From contig OZ253580.1 of NCBI GenBank assembly GCA_965263035.1, positions 2,464,001 to 2,528,000 of the forward strand: DNA of 64,000 nucleotides, written 5' to 3'. The DNA comes from Acidobacteriota bacterium (GTDB taxonomy: Bacteria > Acidobacteriota > UBA6911 > RPQK01 > JAJDTT01). How positions within the stretch are numbered: the stretch's first letter is position 1; the number at the start of each line of letters is the position of its first letter. The position numbers and the translations under genes were made by a program. The notes below the pieces were generated by a model that was given only the letters and a program-made list of their open reading frames with translations, ran no database searches and had not been told where the DNA came from. Shown piece after piece: positions 52,733 to 62,739 of the stretch.

Positions 52733-53056
52733 GGGAGGGGCGATTTTCTTGTCGCCCATTCCTGACTGGCGATTTGTGTATCCCGGAGGTCGGAGCTCGG
52801 AGGTCGGCGGCACGAAAGCTGCGGCTCCCGCTCGGGCGGCAAGAAAACCGCCCGTCCCATTCGGCGACAAGAAAGTCGCCGCTCCCAATCGGCGGCAAGG
52901 AAGACGTTGCTCCCATCCGGCGATAAGAAAGTCGTTGCTCCCATTCGGCGGCACGAAAGCTGCGGCTCCTGCTCGGGCGGCAAGAAAGCCGCCGCTCCCA
53001 TTCGACGATAAGGAAGTCGTCGCTCCCATTCGGCGGCAGGAAAGTCGCCGCTCCCG
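52733..53056. repeat. Large REP mosaic (about 10 hairpin units)
   Basis: Tandem CGGCGRCAAGAAAGYCGCCGCTCCCA and CGGCACGAAAGCTGCGGCTCC units. Confidence 0.9.
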
Positions 53057-53080
53057 GGTCGCTATTTGGGGGGGGCGAGA

Positions 53081-53467
53081 TCAGGCGGCGGTGCCGCGTC
53101 CGTTGCGGACGAAGAATTCCCGGAGCACGTCGAGCGTACCCTCGAGGCGAGCCATGCGTTCTTCGAGCCGGCCCATGCGGTTGCGGAGATCCCCGAGCCC
53201 GGTATCCATGTGGTTGCGGAGATCCCCGAGCCCGGTATCCATGTGGCTGCGGAGATTCCCGAACCCGGTATCCATGCGGTCGCGCAGATTCCCGTTCTCG
53301 GTATCCATGTGGGCGCGCAAATTCCCGTTCTCGGTATCCACGTGGACTCGGAGATCCGAGATGTCGCCGCGCAGCTCCTTGATGTCCTGGCGCGTGACGC
53401 GGTGCAGGTAGAGCATGAGGCCAACGATGACGGCAGGGGAAATCCACTGGAAGAGTTCAGGTGACAT
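53081..53467 (-). CDS. Small single-TM coiled-coil protein with 11-aa tandem repeats
   Basis: MSPELFQWISPAVIVGLML, (HMDTGxGxLRx)n from 33-bp repeats, MARLEGTLDVLREFFV. Confidence 0.82.
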   Translation of the reverse strand: MSPELFQWISPAVIVGLMLYLHRVTRQDIKELRGDISDLRVHVDTENGNLRAHMDTENGNLRDRMDTGFGNLRSHMDTGLGDLRNHMDTGLGDLRNRMGRLEERMARLEGTLDVLREFFVRNGRGTAA

Positions 53468-53499
53468 TCGTTTCTCCTGGAGAGAGCATTCGATTTACT

Positions 53500-53749
53500 C
53501 CGACTCCCGGCGGGGAACCTCGTCTGAACGGTAGAGACCGGACACTCTTGTTTACGAAGAAGTTCGCTGGCGGGAACGTTCGAGCTTGTCGTCGTAGTCG
53601 TCCCAATCCAGTCTTCCGAACAGATCGACCAACCGTTTCCGGCCCCGCCGCGCGATGAATTCGCGCAACGCGCGGTTGACGGTGGCCATGGCCTTATCGA
53701 GAAGGTCCGAAATTGCCCCCACGTCTGCTGCCATTGTGTTGAACTCCAC
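53500..53749 (-). pseudogene. Degraded second copy of the 50095 vapB/vapC-stub pair
   Basis: Shares ATVNRALREFIARRGRKRLVDLFGRLDWD, with an internal deletion. Confidence 0.65.
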
Positions 53750-53901
53750 TCATTCTATAACGAAGGAGTGGAGTTAGGAATGAAGGGAAAAGAAGGCGGA
53801 GGATGGGGAGTTGGGGGGCTGGAATTGACCGTAGGCGCCCCGGTTGATGGTTAATTGGGAGTTCGGCGGTTGGAATCCGCCGCTCCTGCTAGGATTTCCC
53901 A

Positions 53902-54849
53902 ATGCCGAGGTCCCCTTCCGTCAGCGTCATCATTCCCTGCTATCGGCACGCTGCGGTTCTGCCTCGACTGTTGGAGGCTTTGGAGGTTCAGGAGACTCCT
54001 CTGGATTTCGAGGTCCTGGTGGTGGAGTCGGGGGGAGATGAGGCGGCCAGGTTGGTCGGCGAGCGGTTTCCCGAGGTCGGGGTACTTTCTCATGGCCACC
54101 GATTGTTTCCCGGGGCGGCCCGGAACCGGGGGGCGGAGGCGGCGCGGGGCAATTACTTGGCCTTCGTCGATGCGGATGCAGTCCCTGAGCGGCGGTGGCT
54201 GGAGACGCTCCACGGCCGGCTGGCTTCTTCAGATCGGATCATCATGGTTTCGGGGACGGTGGCGCTGCCGGCGGGGGCGGGCGCGGCGGCTCAGGTGCTC
54301 CACTGGATCGAGTTCTCCTCGTTCCTGCCCGGGCTGGCGTCCGGATATCGGGACGCCCTCTCCAGTTGCAATCTCCTGGTCCGGAAGGAGGAGTTCATGG
54401 AGTGCGGGGGTTTCGACGAGAGCCTGGAGATGGCCGAGGACCTGATGCTCTGCCGGAGGATCACCCGGCGGGTGGGAACACTACTATATATAGGGGCGTC
54501 TACCGGAGTCTGTCACTCAAACGATGTGACCTGGGAAAAGGCTTGGGGCCATCTGCGCCGTCTGGGCTACTGGAGCGGCCGGTTCCGAACTCTGGAGGAG
54601 GTCCCCGGGTCGTGGTTGCGCCATCTCCCGCTTCTCAGCCTGGCGCTTCCCCTGTGGCGGCTCCCCCGGATCATTGGGCGTGTATTTCGCAGTAGTACCA
54701 AGGAGGGGCTGAGGTGCCTGATCCGGCTCCCGTGGCTGGTTTGGGGCCTGTCGACCTGGGCGCTGGGTTTCCGTCACGGGCTGAAGGCGGGGAAAGAGGA
54801 TAGGAGCGGCGACTTTCCCAGTGGGCGGCAAGAAAGCCGCCCCTCCTAG
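53902..54849 (+). CDS. Glycosyltransferase family 2
   Basis: VSVIIPCY, PGAARNRG, FVDAD, GFDE..AED; C-terminus encoded by a REP. Confidence 0.88.
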   Translation: MPRSPSVSVIIPCYRHAAVLPRLLEALEVQETPLDFEVLVVESGGDEAARLVGERFPEVGVLSHGHRLFPGAARNRGAEAARGNYLAFVDADAVPERRWLETLHGRLASSDRIIMVSGTVALPAGAGAAAQVLHWIEFSSFLPGLASGYRDALSSCNLLVRKEEFMECGGFDESLEMAEDLMLCRRITRRVGTLLYIGASTGVCHSNDVTWEKAWGHLRRLGYWSGRFRTLEEVPGSWLRHLPLLSLALPLWRLPRIIGRVFRSSTKEGLRCLIRLPWLVWGLSTWALGFRHGLKAGKEDRSGDFPSGRQESRPS

Positions 54850-55700
54850 CGGCAGGCTTCCGGCTCTGACTTGACGTAGTAGCTCTTGTAGTTCGACGCC
54901 TTGGGATCCATACACCCGGCCAGTTTCAGCAGCTCGACCTTGCGGAACTCCACGGGGTGGCTCTCGCTCTGGAGCGAAATGTAACCGCTCTCAAGCAGCT
55001 CGCCGTCCCGCTTGAACGCCGGATCATGCCCCTCCACGGCGGCGCCGCCGACCTGCGGCATTTCGTATTCCAGCACGACCTCTCCTTCGGCGATGTGCCG
55101 GACCACGGAACTGCCCAGCACCATCACCTCCGCCCGGACCCACTGGTCCCCATGATAGGTCTTCGACTTGGAGTCCGTGCAGTGGTCTGTCACGAGCCTT
55201 CCGTTGAACACCACATGGGTCCCGGGTGTGCACAGGTTCATGGTGGTGCGCTCCCGTTCGCCGTCGCCGCCGAGGAGTTGGACTTCGATGCAGATGGGAA
55301 AGGTCTGATCGCGGCGCATGCTTTCGGGGGGCTGTGAATGCAGCATGATGCCGCTGTTGCGGAAGGCCCAGCTCGGACCGCCCTGGATCTGATCTCCAAT
55401 GAATCGATATTCCACCACGAGTCTGTAATGCGAGAAGGGACGCTCGTAGAAGATGTGGCCGAACCGCGCGTCGAACGGGCCTTCATACGCCTCGTAGCCG
55501 ACTTGCATGACTCCGTTCCGGACACGGAACGTATTCCCGAAGTTCTCTCCCGTCTCGTGGCCGCGAATCTTGGGAATCCAGCCGTCGAGGTTCTTGCCGT
55601 TGAACAGTTGGATCCAGTCCTCCTCGGCGTGCGGTTGTCCGTTGGCGCTCAGGGACGCCAGGAGGAGGAAGAGGAAAGAGATGTAGAGTCGCCGGGGCAT
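54846..55700 (-). CDS. DUF1080 (3-keto-disaccharide hydrolase-like) secreted protein
   Basis: WIQLFNGKNLDGW, RNSG, IEVQLLGG, SGYISLQSESHPVEFRKV. Confidence 0.9.
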   Translation of the reverse strand: MPRRLYISFLFLLLASLSANGQPHAEEDWIQLFNGKNLDGWIPKIRGHETGENFGNTFRVRNGVMQVGYEAYEGPFDARFGHIFYERPFSHYRLVVEYRFIGDQIQGGPSWAFRNSGIMLHSQPPESMRRDQTFPICIEVQLLGGDGERERTTMNLCTPGTHVVFNGRLVTDHCTDSKSKTYHGDQWVRAEVMVLGSSVVRHIAEGEVVLEYEMPQVGGAAVEGHDPAFKRDGELLESGYISLQSESHPVEFRKVELLKLAGCMDPKASNYKSYYVKSEPEACR

Positions 55701-55994
55701 TGGAGTGGAAAGTATAGCTGGCGGGCGATCCCTTCGTGGGGAGGTCGATGTGGGGAACGCGGGAGTCGGGGCAAGAGGGGGAGCGAGGAGGTTCCCCACG
55801 CGCCGCTGGGTGAGTTTACAATGCGAGCGACGTCCAGTTGTCCATTCTTCCGATCCTCCCATGCTGCCCCGGAGTTCGGCGGCTGGAAACCGCCGCTCCT
55901 GCACCGACGGTTGTTGCGTACAGGTGAAGTCGATCCGAGACGTGAGCGGTGACCTGTTCTTGCGCTACTCGGCGATTGTAGTCACATTGACTAC

Positions 55995-56252
55995 ATGGGT
56001 GAACCACTCGTCGTTGGGGCCCGGGAGTTCAAGACGCGGTTGGGGACTTATCTCCGGCGCGTTCGCGAAGGGCGCATTCTGACCATCACCGACCGCGGCC
56101 GGCCGGTGGCGGAGGTGATGCCGATCGAGTCCGCCGGCCGCTCTGTGGACGCACATCTGGCTCGTTTACGGAGGCAGGGCGTGGTGAGCGGCCAAGCGAA
56201 TCCGTTGGCGCCGATCGCCAAGCCGAGCATGGGAAGAGGCCGGGAGCGATAG
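55995..56252 (+). CDS. Phd/YefM-family antitoxin (no toxin downstream)
   Basis: VGAREFKTRLGTYLRRVREG..ITDRGRPVAE. Confidence 0.85.
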   Translation: MGEPLVVGAREFKTRLGTYLRRVREGRILTITDRGRPVAEVMPIESAGRSVDAHLARLRRQGVVSGQANPLAPIAKPSMGRGRER

Positions 56253-56348
56253 AAATGGAGCGGCGGTTTCCGGCCGCCGAACTCCGGACGGGGCATGGGG
56301 GAATGGGCGGAAGAGAAGAATGGGCGACTGGAGAGTCTCCCCTCCTGG

Positions 56349-56507
56349 GAGCCTGCGCGGCAGAAATTGATCTACTGCGAAAGCGGTAGAATCGGTCCGT
56401 ATTTCCCCGATTTCTCGGCGAATAGAACAACTATGCACCTCCAAATCGAGAAAATCTGGCCTCGATTCCCCGATTTCTCGCAACGATCATTTCTACCGCG
56501 CAGACTC
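56349..56507. mobile_element. MITE copy 2 (159 bp, CTGG target duplication)
   Basis: Same TIRs as copy 1; CTGG on both sides. Confidence 0.85.
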
Positions 56508-56553
56508 CTGGCCCCCGGGAGAAGGCGCTACACGATATCTCGAAGGTCAGATT

Positions 56554-56820
56554 TCATTCCGGTCGCCGCCGGTATTCATCCCGGCGGTGGGCGACGCGGA
56601 CGACCAGCACGACGAGTACATCTTCGCGCACTTCGTAAACCACGCGGTAATCGCCCACGCGAAGCCGACGGAGGCCCCGCATATCGCCCTTGAGCGCATA
56701 ACAGAGGAATGGATTCTCTGCCAGGCGGTCGATAGCTGCGACAATCCGCGTTCGGTCCGGCTTGACGACTCGCTTCAGTTCCTTGGCCGCGGCGGCCTTA
56801 ATCCGTATCGAGAAGATCAC
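56554..56820 (-). CDS. RelE/ParE-family toxin
   Basis: AAKELK..IDRLAENP..RRLRVGDYRVVYEV..VAHR. Confidence 0.9.
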   Translation of the reverse strand: MIFSIRIKAAAAKELKRVVKPDRTRIVAAIDRLAENPFLCYALKGDMRGLRRLRVGDYRVVYEVREDVLVVLVVRVAHRRDEYRRRPE

Positions 56821-57052
56821 GCCTGACCTGGTCCCAATCCAGCACCGGATCGCTCGGGTCCCGGAGCCGGTCGACGGCTACGGAGAGATCGTCGAAGTCT
56901 TCAAGGTAACGCTCGACCGCCCGGCGGACGATCTCCGCCCGGCTGCACCTGAGACGGCGTGCAGTTGCATCCAGTGCGCTGACGACCGCATTCGGCAGGC
57001 GCGCGGTAATTTGGGTCTTGGCCTCTGCGATGTCAATTGATTGCATTTGCAT
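56798..57052 (-). CDS. CopG/RHH antitoxin
   Basis: QITARLP..LDA..SRAEIVRRAVERYLEDFDDL; overlaps the toxin; start uncertain. Confidence 0.82.
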   Translation of the reverse strand: MQMQSIDIAEAKTQITARLPNAVVSALDATARRLRCSRAEIVRRAVERYLEDFDDLSVAVDRLRDPSDPVLDWDQVRRDLLDTD

Positions 57053-57227
57053 CACATTACTTGTGAACGATGCCGAGTCCAATTCCATTATCGACGCAGG
57101 AACCGGTGCAGGAATTGTCATCGATAACGGATTTGTCCTGAAGTAACACTATTGATAACGGTATGGCGTAGGGGGAAAACGAGGGAGGGAGAGAAGAATG
57201 GGCGATTGGGAATCGCCTCTCCTGGCG

Positions 57228-58112
57228 TCACTCCTCTTCCGGCTTGAATTCTGGCTCTACGGCAGGGGGGAGGCTGGGGAGGGGAGGCGGTGAAGCCGGG
57301 CTGGGAAGGACGGGCTTTACGGTTTCGCCGCGCCTGAGTTGGTCGAGCTTTTTCTGGTTGAGGCCCAGCAGGGCCCTGGCGCCGGGACTCACGTAGTTGT
57401 AGAGGACGGGGACGGTGAAGAGTTCCTCCTTGGATTCATCTCCGCCTCCCCGCTTCAGGATGACGCGGAACTCGCTCGTCAAGGATTTCTTGGATTCGTT
57501 CCCGATGTAACGGAAGACCAAGCGGAGGTCCTGGCCCGCGGCGACGGAGTCGCCGCTCTCCAGCAGCTCGAAACGGGTCTTGTCGTAGTCGAAACGGGAA
57601 ACGTGGACGGTTTCGGAGAGGCCGTTCCGGATCCGGACCGCACCTCGCTGGCTTCGGTCCAGAAAGTGGATCTTGACTTGCTTGGGAAGCACGTGCAGGG
57701 CACCGGGTTTCGGCCCGCGCGGTCTCGGCGCGGTGCCGCCGGCAAGGGCCCTTTTGAGCTGCTCCGGATTCGGGGCGCGAATCCGAACCCGCCATCCGTC
57801 CTGTTGGCGGACCCAGACCTCGCGTAAGGGCACGGGATAGTAGACCCCCGCCGGAAACAGCATCTGCTCCGCCTTCACCGTTACCAGCGCTTCGTCCCGG
57901 GATCGGGGCTCGATCTTGTCCAACTCCCAGGAGCGAAAGGGATTGGTGCGGCGGTTGAGGAACAGATTCTGACCCTCCCGAATCACGTATCGGAGGGCTC
58001 CCGCCTTGTCCCCCTTCTGAAGCAGGTCCCAATAGGTTTGGACCGCTTTCTCCAACTCCGGGTCCACGGCGGGGCCCGAGAAGAGGCTCAGATAGAGGGG
58101 AAGCCAAATCAT
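57228..58112 (-). CDS. Hypothetical exported protein with Pro-rich tail
   Basis: ATG 58112 with AGGAG RBS; GC-biased coding frame. Confidence 0.7.
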   Translation of the reverse strand: MIWLPLYLSLFSGPAVDPELEKAVQTYWDLLQKGDKAGALRYVIREGQNLFLNRRTNPFRSWELDKIEPRSRDEALVTVKAEQMLFPAGVYYPVPLREVWVRQQDGWRVRIRAPNPEQLKRALAGGTAPRPRGPKPGALHVLPKQVKIHFLDRSQRGAVRIRNGLSETVHVSRFDYDKTRFELLESGDSVAAGQDLRLVFRYIGNESKKSLTSEFRVILKRGGGDESKEELFTVPVLYNYVSPGARALLGLNQKKLDQLRRGETVKPVLPSPASPPPLPSLPPAVEPEFKPEEE

Positions 58113-58390
58113 GTCAAGGGTCTCCTGAGAAGATCCGAACCCAAAATGGCCGCTCTGGAGAGCGGCCAAGGTGAGAAAAAATCGTATCGAACGATCAGAA
58201 GAATAGAAAAGGTCGGGGGCTGCACCGTGACTCCGGCGCAACCCCCGACTTCAGCTTCCGTTGCTCCCGTCCCGGAATTGCCCGATTCGGATGATCCGGT
58301 CCGGGAGCGGGAGTCCCTGCCGAAAATTTCTCATGCAGGGAACGTCACCGTCACCATTCGACGATGGCGGTGTTCAGGTCTGAAGTATCC

Positions 58391-58972
58391 CTATTCCATC
58401 ATCATGTCCATCATCATGGGCTTGATCCCTGCGCCCTGATGAGAGACGGGCGGCGTCATGTCGCCGTGCTGATTCAAAAACGCACCGATGATGGTCCGGG
58501 TTCCAGCAACGCCGTCGAAGTTGGCCACGACCCAGCCGTACCCCACAAACGGGGTTTCACCAACAATCTCGCTCAACAGCACAGTATAGGTCATTCCCGG
58601 ACCGAGCGTGCCATCCTCCATCAGACCGCGTTCGGCCGGCGACTCCATCGAGGTCGTATGCATCATCATGGTGCCGTCCCGGTTGTAGAGGTAGATCTCC
58701 AGGGTGCCCATCATGTCGGAGCCCTCATAGGCCCCTCCCCCGACATTGATGCCGGCGGGAGCCATGAGGACGTTGCTCACCGAAATGGCGGTGTCGAAGG
58801 CATACATCGGATCTTCATTGGGGATGCTGACCAGGTAGCTGGCGAAGACGGCAGATTGCTCTGACGTGTGCCCCGCCGCCATGAAGGAAACTGAGGTGCC
58901 GGCCATTGCCGTTCCACCAAAGGCAACGGTCACCAGGACTGCCGAAAAAAGCATCGTTCTCGATTTGTTCAT
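58391..58972 (-). CDS. Secreted Met-rich protein
   Basis: Signal peptide ending TAMA; FDTAISVSN, FVGYGWVVANF; many Met including a MMMDMMME tail. Confidence 0.8.
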   Translation of the reverse strand: MNKSRTMLFSAVLVTVAFGGTAMAGTSVSFMAAGHTSEQSAVFASYLVSIPNEDPMYAFDTAISVSNVLMAPAGINVGGGAYEGSDMMGTLEIYLYNRDGTMMMHTTSMESPAERGLMEDGTLGPGMTYTVLLSEIVGETPFVGYGWVVANFDGVAGTRTIIGAFLNQHGDMTPPVSHQGAGIKPMMMDMMME

Positions 58973-59084
58973 GCCCTTATACTCCTCTACGAAATGACGT
59001 TGGAAACAAATACCCAGACCGCAACGAAATGCAGCCGTTCGAACACAAAAACTCCGTTACTCTATTCACGGAACTGACTCTCCA

Positions 59085-59110
59085 AGATGCCGGAGCCTTT
59101 CAAAAGTCGC
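59085..59110 (-). promoter_or_regulatory. Putative ECF sigma promoter
   Basis: GCGAC-N15-GCATCT. Confidence 0.6.
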
Positions 59111-59126
59111 AATTTTCGTAACCGGA

Positions 59127-60728
59127 TCACCACCAAATCACCATCTGGCGAGAGTTAAGCCTAAAGTAGTCTCCCACGATAATCAAGCCGGCATATTCCG
59201 GCGCCGGAAATGAAGCGTAGAGGACGTGGCCTTGCTCCGTCGTCTCGAATACTCCAAAGCTGACGATGTCCTCGTAGACCAACACTTCCCGGCCGTCCTC
59301 TCCGTCCGAGTTCTCCATTTCCAGAGTGTGGAGGGAGTGTCCGGGAAAATATAACCGTCGTGGCCGGCCGTCGTGAAAGAGGGTGGAATAATATATGGCC
59401 TGGGTCATGTCCCGATCCAGGATGTAGAGGCGCTTGTCGTGAGGCCTGATGTTGGAGGTCATGACGATCCCGGGCGTGAAGGTCATGGCCAGTTCCTTGA
59501 AGGGGACCAGTTGGCCGCCGTCTCGAGTGTAGATGGTCAGGCCGGGTCCCACGTCGGTCACCATGACGATCTCCACCTCTCCGTCGTCGCTGAAATCGAA
59601 GAGGGCCAGATTCAGGACCTGCCGCCGCAGAAGGTAGCCTTGGGCCTGGAGCTCGAACTGGCCGGAGCCGTCCCCTATCTCGGTCTCCAGCAGGGCCCCC
59701 AGGGGACCGTTCATGGCTTGGACCAGGTCCAGGTGGCCGTCTTGGTTGAGATCGACCACCACGACCATCTCGTCCTCATCGAAGACCCGGTACCCTTCCG
59801 GATTGGGTCCGATGGTGAAGGTGCGATCGTTTTCCAGGAAAAACTGATTCCGGGCGTCTCGGCGGCCCCGATAGACGCGCCGGGCACTCCCTCCCGCGCC
59901 GTAGTCGCCGACCACGACGAAGTCGAACCTGGGATCCGGGGCGATGAGGCCGCCTCCGGGACGGAACGGCGGCGGACGGGGAGCCGGGGGACCGGGGTCA
60001 GGCCCGCCGGGTGGAGCCGGCGGCGGCGTGGGAGGCGGATTCGGCATCTCCGGCGGGGGGGTTGTGCCGGTGGACGGATCGCCGGTGTCGCCGCCCCCGT
60101 CAGAGGGGTCGTCACCGACCACGTCATTGGGATCCGCCCGGTCCAGGAAGGCCCTCCGGAAGGGATTGCGCGCGTTCATATAGGGGTTGCCCCGGGAGAG
60201 GCCGGTGCCGAACTGGCTCCAGGCCGCCTGGTAGTCGCGCTCGAACTGCCGGAGTTCGGCCGCCCTGGCCATCATGTCGGCCGTGGAACGGGCACCTTCG
60301 GAGGTGACCAGTTCGCCCCCTGGACCCGGTTCCGCCGCGTCTCCCGGTCCGGTGCCGGAGATAGCGTCTCTCGCGGGGTTGCCGCCCGGAGTCCTTCTCG
60401 ACTGGCTGGTCCGGCGGCTCGCGGGCGGCGAGCGCCGGCTGGACGAGGAGGAACGGGAGGTTTGAAACGTCCCCGCACCGCGGCTTCGAGAGGAGGTCCC
60501 GTAAGAGCGGGGAAAAGGAAACGAATTCGGCGTCACCCCATCCGATCGGGCCCATCCGGCGGTTCCCCGAGAGGAACCCGGATCCGGCCGGTAGTGGGAT
60601 TCATCGCCCGACCCCGGGATGAACTGCCAGATCAGCGCCGAGAGCAACGACGCGGCCACCAGGGAGGCAAAGAAGCCGAAGCTCCCCAACTTTCTGCCGT
60701 ACCCGCCTTTCCGGCCATTTCGACTCAC
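59127..60728 (-). CDS. Membrane-anchored FG-GAP/VCBS-repeat protein with Ser/Pro-rich linker
   Basis: N-terminal TM segment, DLNQDGHLDLV, GDGSGQF, DFSDDGEVEIV. Confidence 0.75.
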   Translation of the reverse strand: MSRNGRKGGYGRKLGSFGFFASLVAASLLSALIWQFIPGSGDESHYRPDPGSSRGTAGWARSDGVTPNSFPFPRSYGTSSRSRGAGTFQTSRSSSSSRRSPPASRRTSQSRRTPGGNPARDAISGTGPGDAAEPGPGGELVTSEGARSTADMMARAAELRQFERDYQAAWSQFGTGLSRGNPYMNARNPFRRAFLDRADPNDVVGDDPSDGGGDTGDPSTGTTPPPEMPNPPPTPPPAPPGGPDPGPPAPRPPPFRPGGGLIAPDPRFDFVVVGDYGAGGSARRVYRGRRDARNQFFLENDRTFTIGPNPEGYRVFDEDEMVVVVDLNQDGHLDLVQAMNGPLGALLETEIGDGSGQFELQAQGYLLRRQVLNLALFDFSDDGEVEIVMVTDVGPGLTIYTRDGGQLVPFKELAMTFTPGIVMTSNIRPHDKRLYILDRDMTQAIYYSTLFHDGRPRRLYFPGHSLHTLEMENSDGEDGREVLVYEDIVSFGVFETTEQGHVLYASFPAPEYAGLIIVGDYFRLNSRQMVIWW

Positions 60729-60929
60729 TGCAGGATTAAACTCCGATTCGATTCACCGGGCCACCGACGGGCGTTCGAGCCGAGTCGCGAGACGGCTGCT
60801 GGGAACGAAGCCGCTCGCACTCGCGCCTGATCGTAACTGCTCATGTTACCAGGAAGATACGGAACGAGGAAACGGCGGCTGGAACCCGCCGCTCCGGTTC
60901 GGCGACCGGAAATCGCTGCTCCTTCGGTT

Positions 60930-60955
60930 GCGACTTTTTCCTTCCAGGATCATCT
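60930..60955 (+). promoter_or_regulatory. Putative autoregulatory ECF promoter
   Basis: GCGAC-N15-TCATCT about 90 bp upstream of the sigma ATG. Confidence 0.55.
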
Positions 60956-61047
60956 CCTAAATTGATTGGGAGAGAGGAGGGCTGGTAGCTTTGGCATGGT
61001 CGGAGAGGCGGTTTGGGGCGGCCTGAATTCCGTTTTAGTCCGTACGT

Positions 61048-61638
61048 ATGCCAGGTGAAATCAGTCCGGATGAGTTGGCGGCGATCGTCAAGCGAGCCCA
61101 AGAGGGTTCCGCCGCTGACTTTTATGCGCTCTACGAGTTGTTCGTCAAGCGCATATACAATTTTATCTTAAGGCTGATCGGCTCCAAGGAAGATGCCGAA
61201 GACCTCACACAGGAAACCTTCCTCAAGGTTCACCGGGAACTCAAGAGGCTCCGCAACCGGAAACAGTTTCGCTACTGGCTCTATCGTATCGCCAGGAACG
61301 AGGTCTACCAGAAGCTTCGCCGCACTAAGAAGGTCAGCGAGATCTCTCTGGAGGGAGAGGACGGTCCGCTGGACTGGCTTCTGGCCGATGAAGGCATGGA
61401 GTTGCATCCGGAGCGGGCGTTTCTTTCTCATGAGCTCAATCAGGTCATTCTCAGTGCCTTGCAGTCGCTCACGCCCAAATATCGCGACGTGTTCGTGCTG
61501 GCCGTCTTCCAGAAGATGAAGTACGAAGAAATTTCCAGGATCGTGGGCCGGTCGCTCCTCTCGGTGAAGACCGACATCTACCGAGCCAGGTTGGTGGTGA
61601 AGGACCACGTGAAGACCTACATGGGGAGGAAGCAATGA
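61048..61638 (+). CDS. ECF-family sigma-70 factor
   Basis: DAEDLTQETFLKV, FRYWLYRIARN, YEEIS..SVKTDIYRAR. Confidence 0.93.
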   Translation: MPGEISPDELAAIVKRAQEGSAADFYALYELFVKRIYNFILRLIGSKEDAEDLTQETFLKVHRELKRLRNRKQFRYWLYRIARNEVYQKLRRTKKVSEISLEGEDGPLDWLLADEGMELHPERAFLSHELNQVILSALQSLTPKYRDVFVLAVFQKMKYEEISRIVGRSLLSVKTDIYRARLVVKDHVKTYMGRKQ

Positions 61639-62135
61639 GCCGCTCCTGCCGAGGTTTTCTGCTTTCGATTTCGGCGCTGGCCGACGACAACCTGGATGCG
61701 GCATCGGCGCCGGCGGTGAGAGCACACTTGGCCGAATGCCCCGACTGCGCTCGCGTCTACCAAGAGCAGCGAGAGTTGTCGGACTGGCTCAGGGCGGGGT
61801 CGCCGGATCTGGAGCCGGCTCCCGAGATCTGGACTCGGATCGAGTCGAGGTTGGAGCTTCCCCGGCGTTCGCTTTGGCAGCAGTTGGGATCGGGATTGGC
61901 GGCGGTGCTCCGTTTTCCCGAGCTTCGGTACGTGGCGGCCAGCCTGCTCCTGCTGGCAATTCTCTCCGGCGGGTTCATGGGACGGGTCCAGGAGGCGCAG
62001 CCGGTGCCTCGAGTCTACGCCAAGGCGGAGAACCCCTTCCTGGTGGCATTGAAACAGGAGACCTTCCCTTCTTCCCTCGCCCGGCGGGCTGCGGAGGGGG
62101 AGAATCCTTTTGAAATGATCAGAGGTGAGCGATGA
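61635..62135 (+). CDS. Zinc-finger (HxxxCxxC) anti-sigma factor
   Basis: C..HLAECPDC plus a TM segment; overlaps the sigma stop. Confidence 0.88.
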   Translation: MSRSCRGFLLSISALADDNLDAASAPAVRAHLAECPDCARVYQEQRELSDWLRAGSPDLEPAPEIWTRIESRLELPRRSLWQQLGSGLAAVLRFPELRYVAASLLLLAILSGGFMGRVQEAQPVPRVYAKAENPFLVALKQETFPSSLARRAAEGENPFEMIRGER

Positions 62136-62578
62136 GGACTCCGGTCCGGTTTGCCGTATTTCTGGTGGTCGTTTGGTGGGCGCTGGTTTGGGGAGCGTTC
62201 GCGGCGGAGACGGACGCGGCGGAAAACGCCAAACTGGCGGCGGCCGCGACTCATTACGAGGTCGTCCAGCTCAAGATCGAGTCGGGCGAGTTCGACGCGG
62301 TCCTGCCCGAGATCCAGAAGATCCTGGACTTGGACTTCGGTGCGGCGAATGAAGGGGTCCTGACGCTTTCCGTGCTGAACCTGGGCGAGCAGTTGCTGAA
62401 TGCGGATCAGCATGAGCTGGCCCGGCAGGCGGTGGACGCGAGCTTGAAGGCCGTCGACCAGCCGCACAACCAGTTCATGCTGCTCATGTTCAAGGCCCGG
62501 GTCTTCAGAGACGAGGGTGAGACCGACGCCGCCCTCGAAACCTACCGCTCCGCCCAGCAACTGGTCCAGCAGTTCTAG
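62132..62578 (+). CDS. Secreted TPR-like helical protein
   Basis: Signal peptide ending GAFA, helical repeats; third gene of the sigma operon. Confidence 0.7.
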   Translation: MRTPVRFAVFLVVVWWALVWGAFAAETDAAENAKLAAAATHYEVVQLKIESGEFDAVLPEIQKILDLDFGAANEGVLTLSVLNLGEQLLNADQHELARQAVDASLKAVDQPHNQFMLLMFKARVFRDEGETDAALETYRSAQQLVQQF

Positions 62579-62737
62579 GAGCCTGCGCCGCAGAAATTGA
62601 GCTACTGCGAAAGCGGTAGAATCGGTCCATATTTCCCCGATTTCTCGGCGAATAGAACAACTATGCACCTCCAAATCGAGAAAATCCGGCCTCGATTCCC
62701 CACTTTCTCGCTACGATCATTTCTACCGCGCAGACTC
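62579..62737. mobile_element. MITE copy 3 (159 bp)
   Basis: Near-identical to 56349-56507. Confidence 0.85.
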
Positions 62738-62739
62738 CT

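Noticed and set aside
52733-53056. CRISPR array
   Set aside because: Units are degenerate, directly abutting REP hairpins with no unique spacers; no cas genes in the window.
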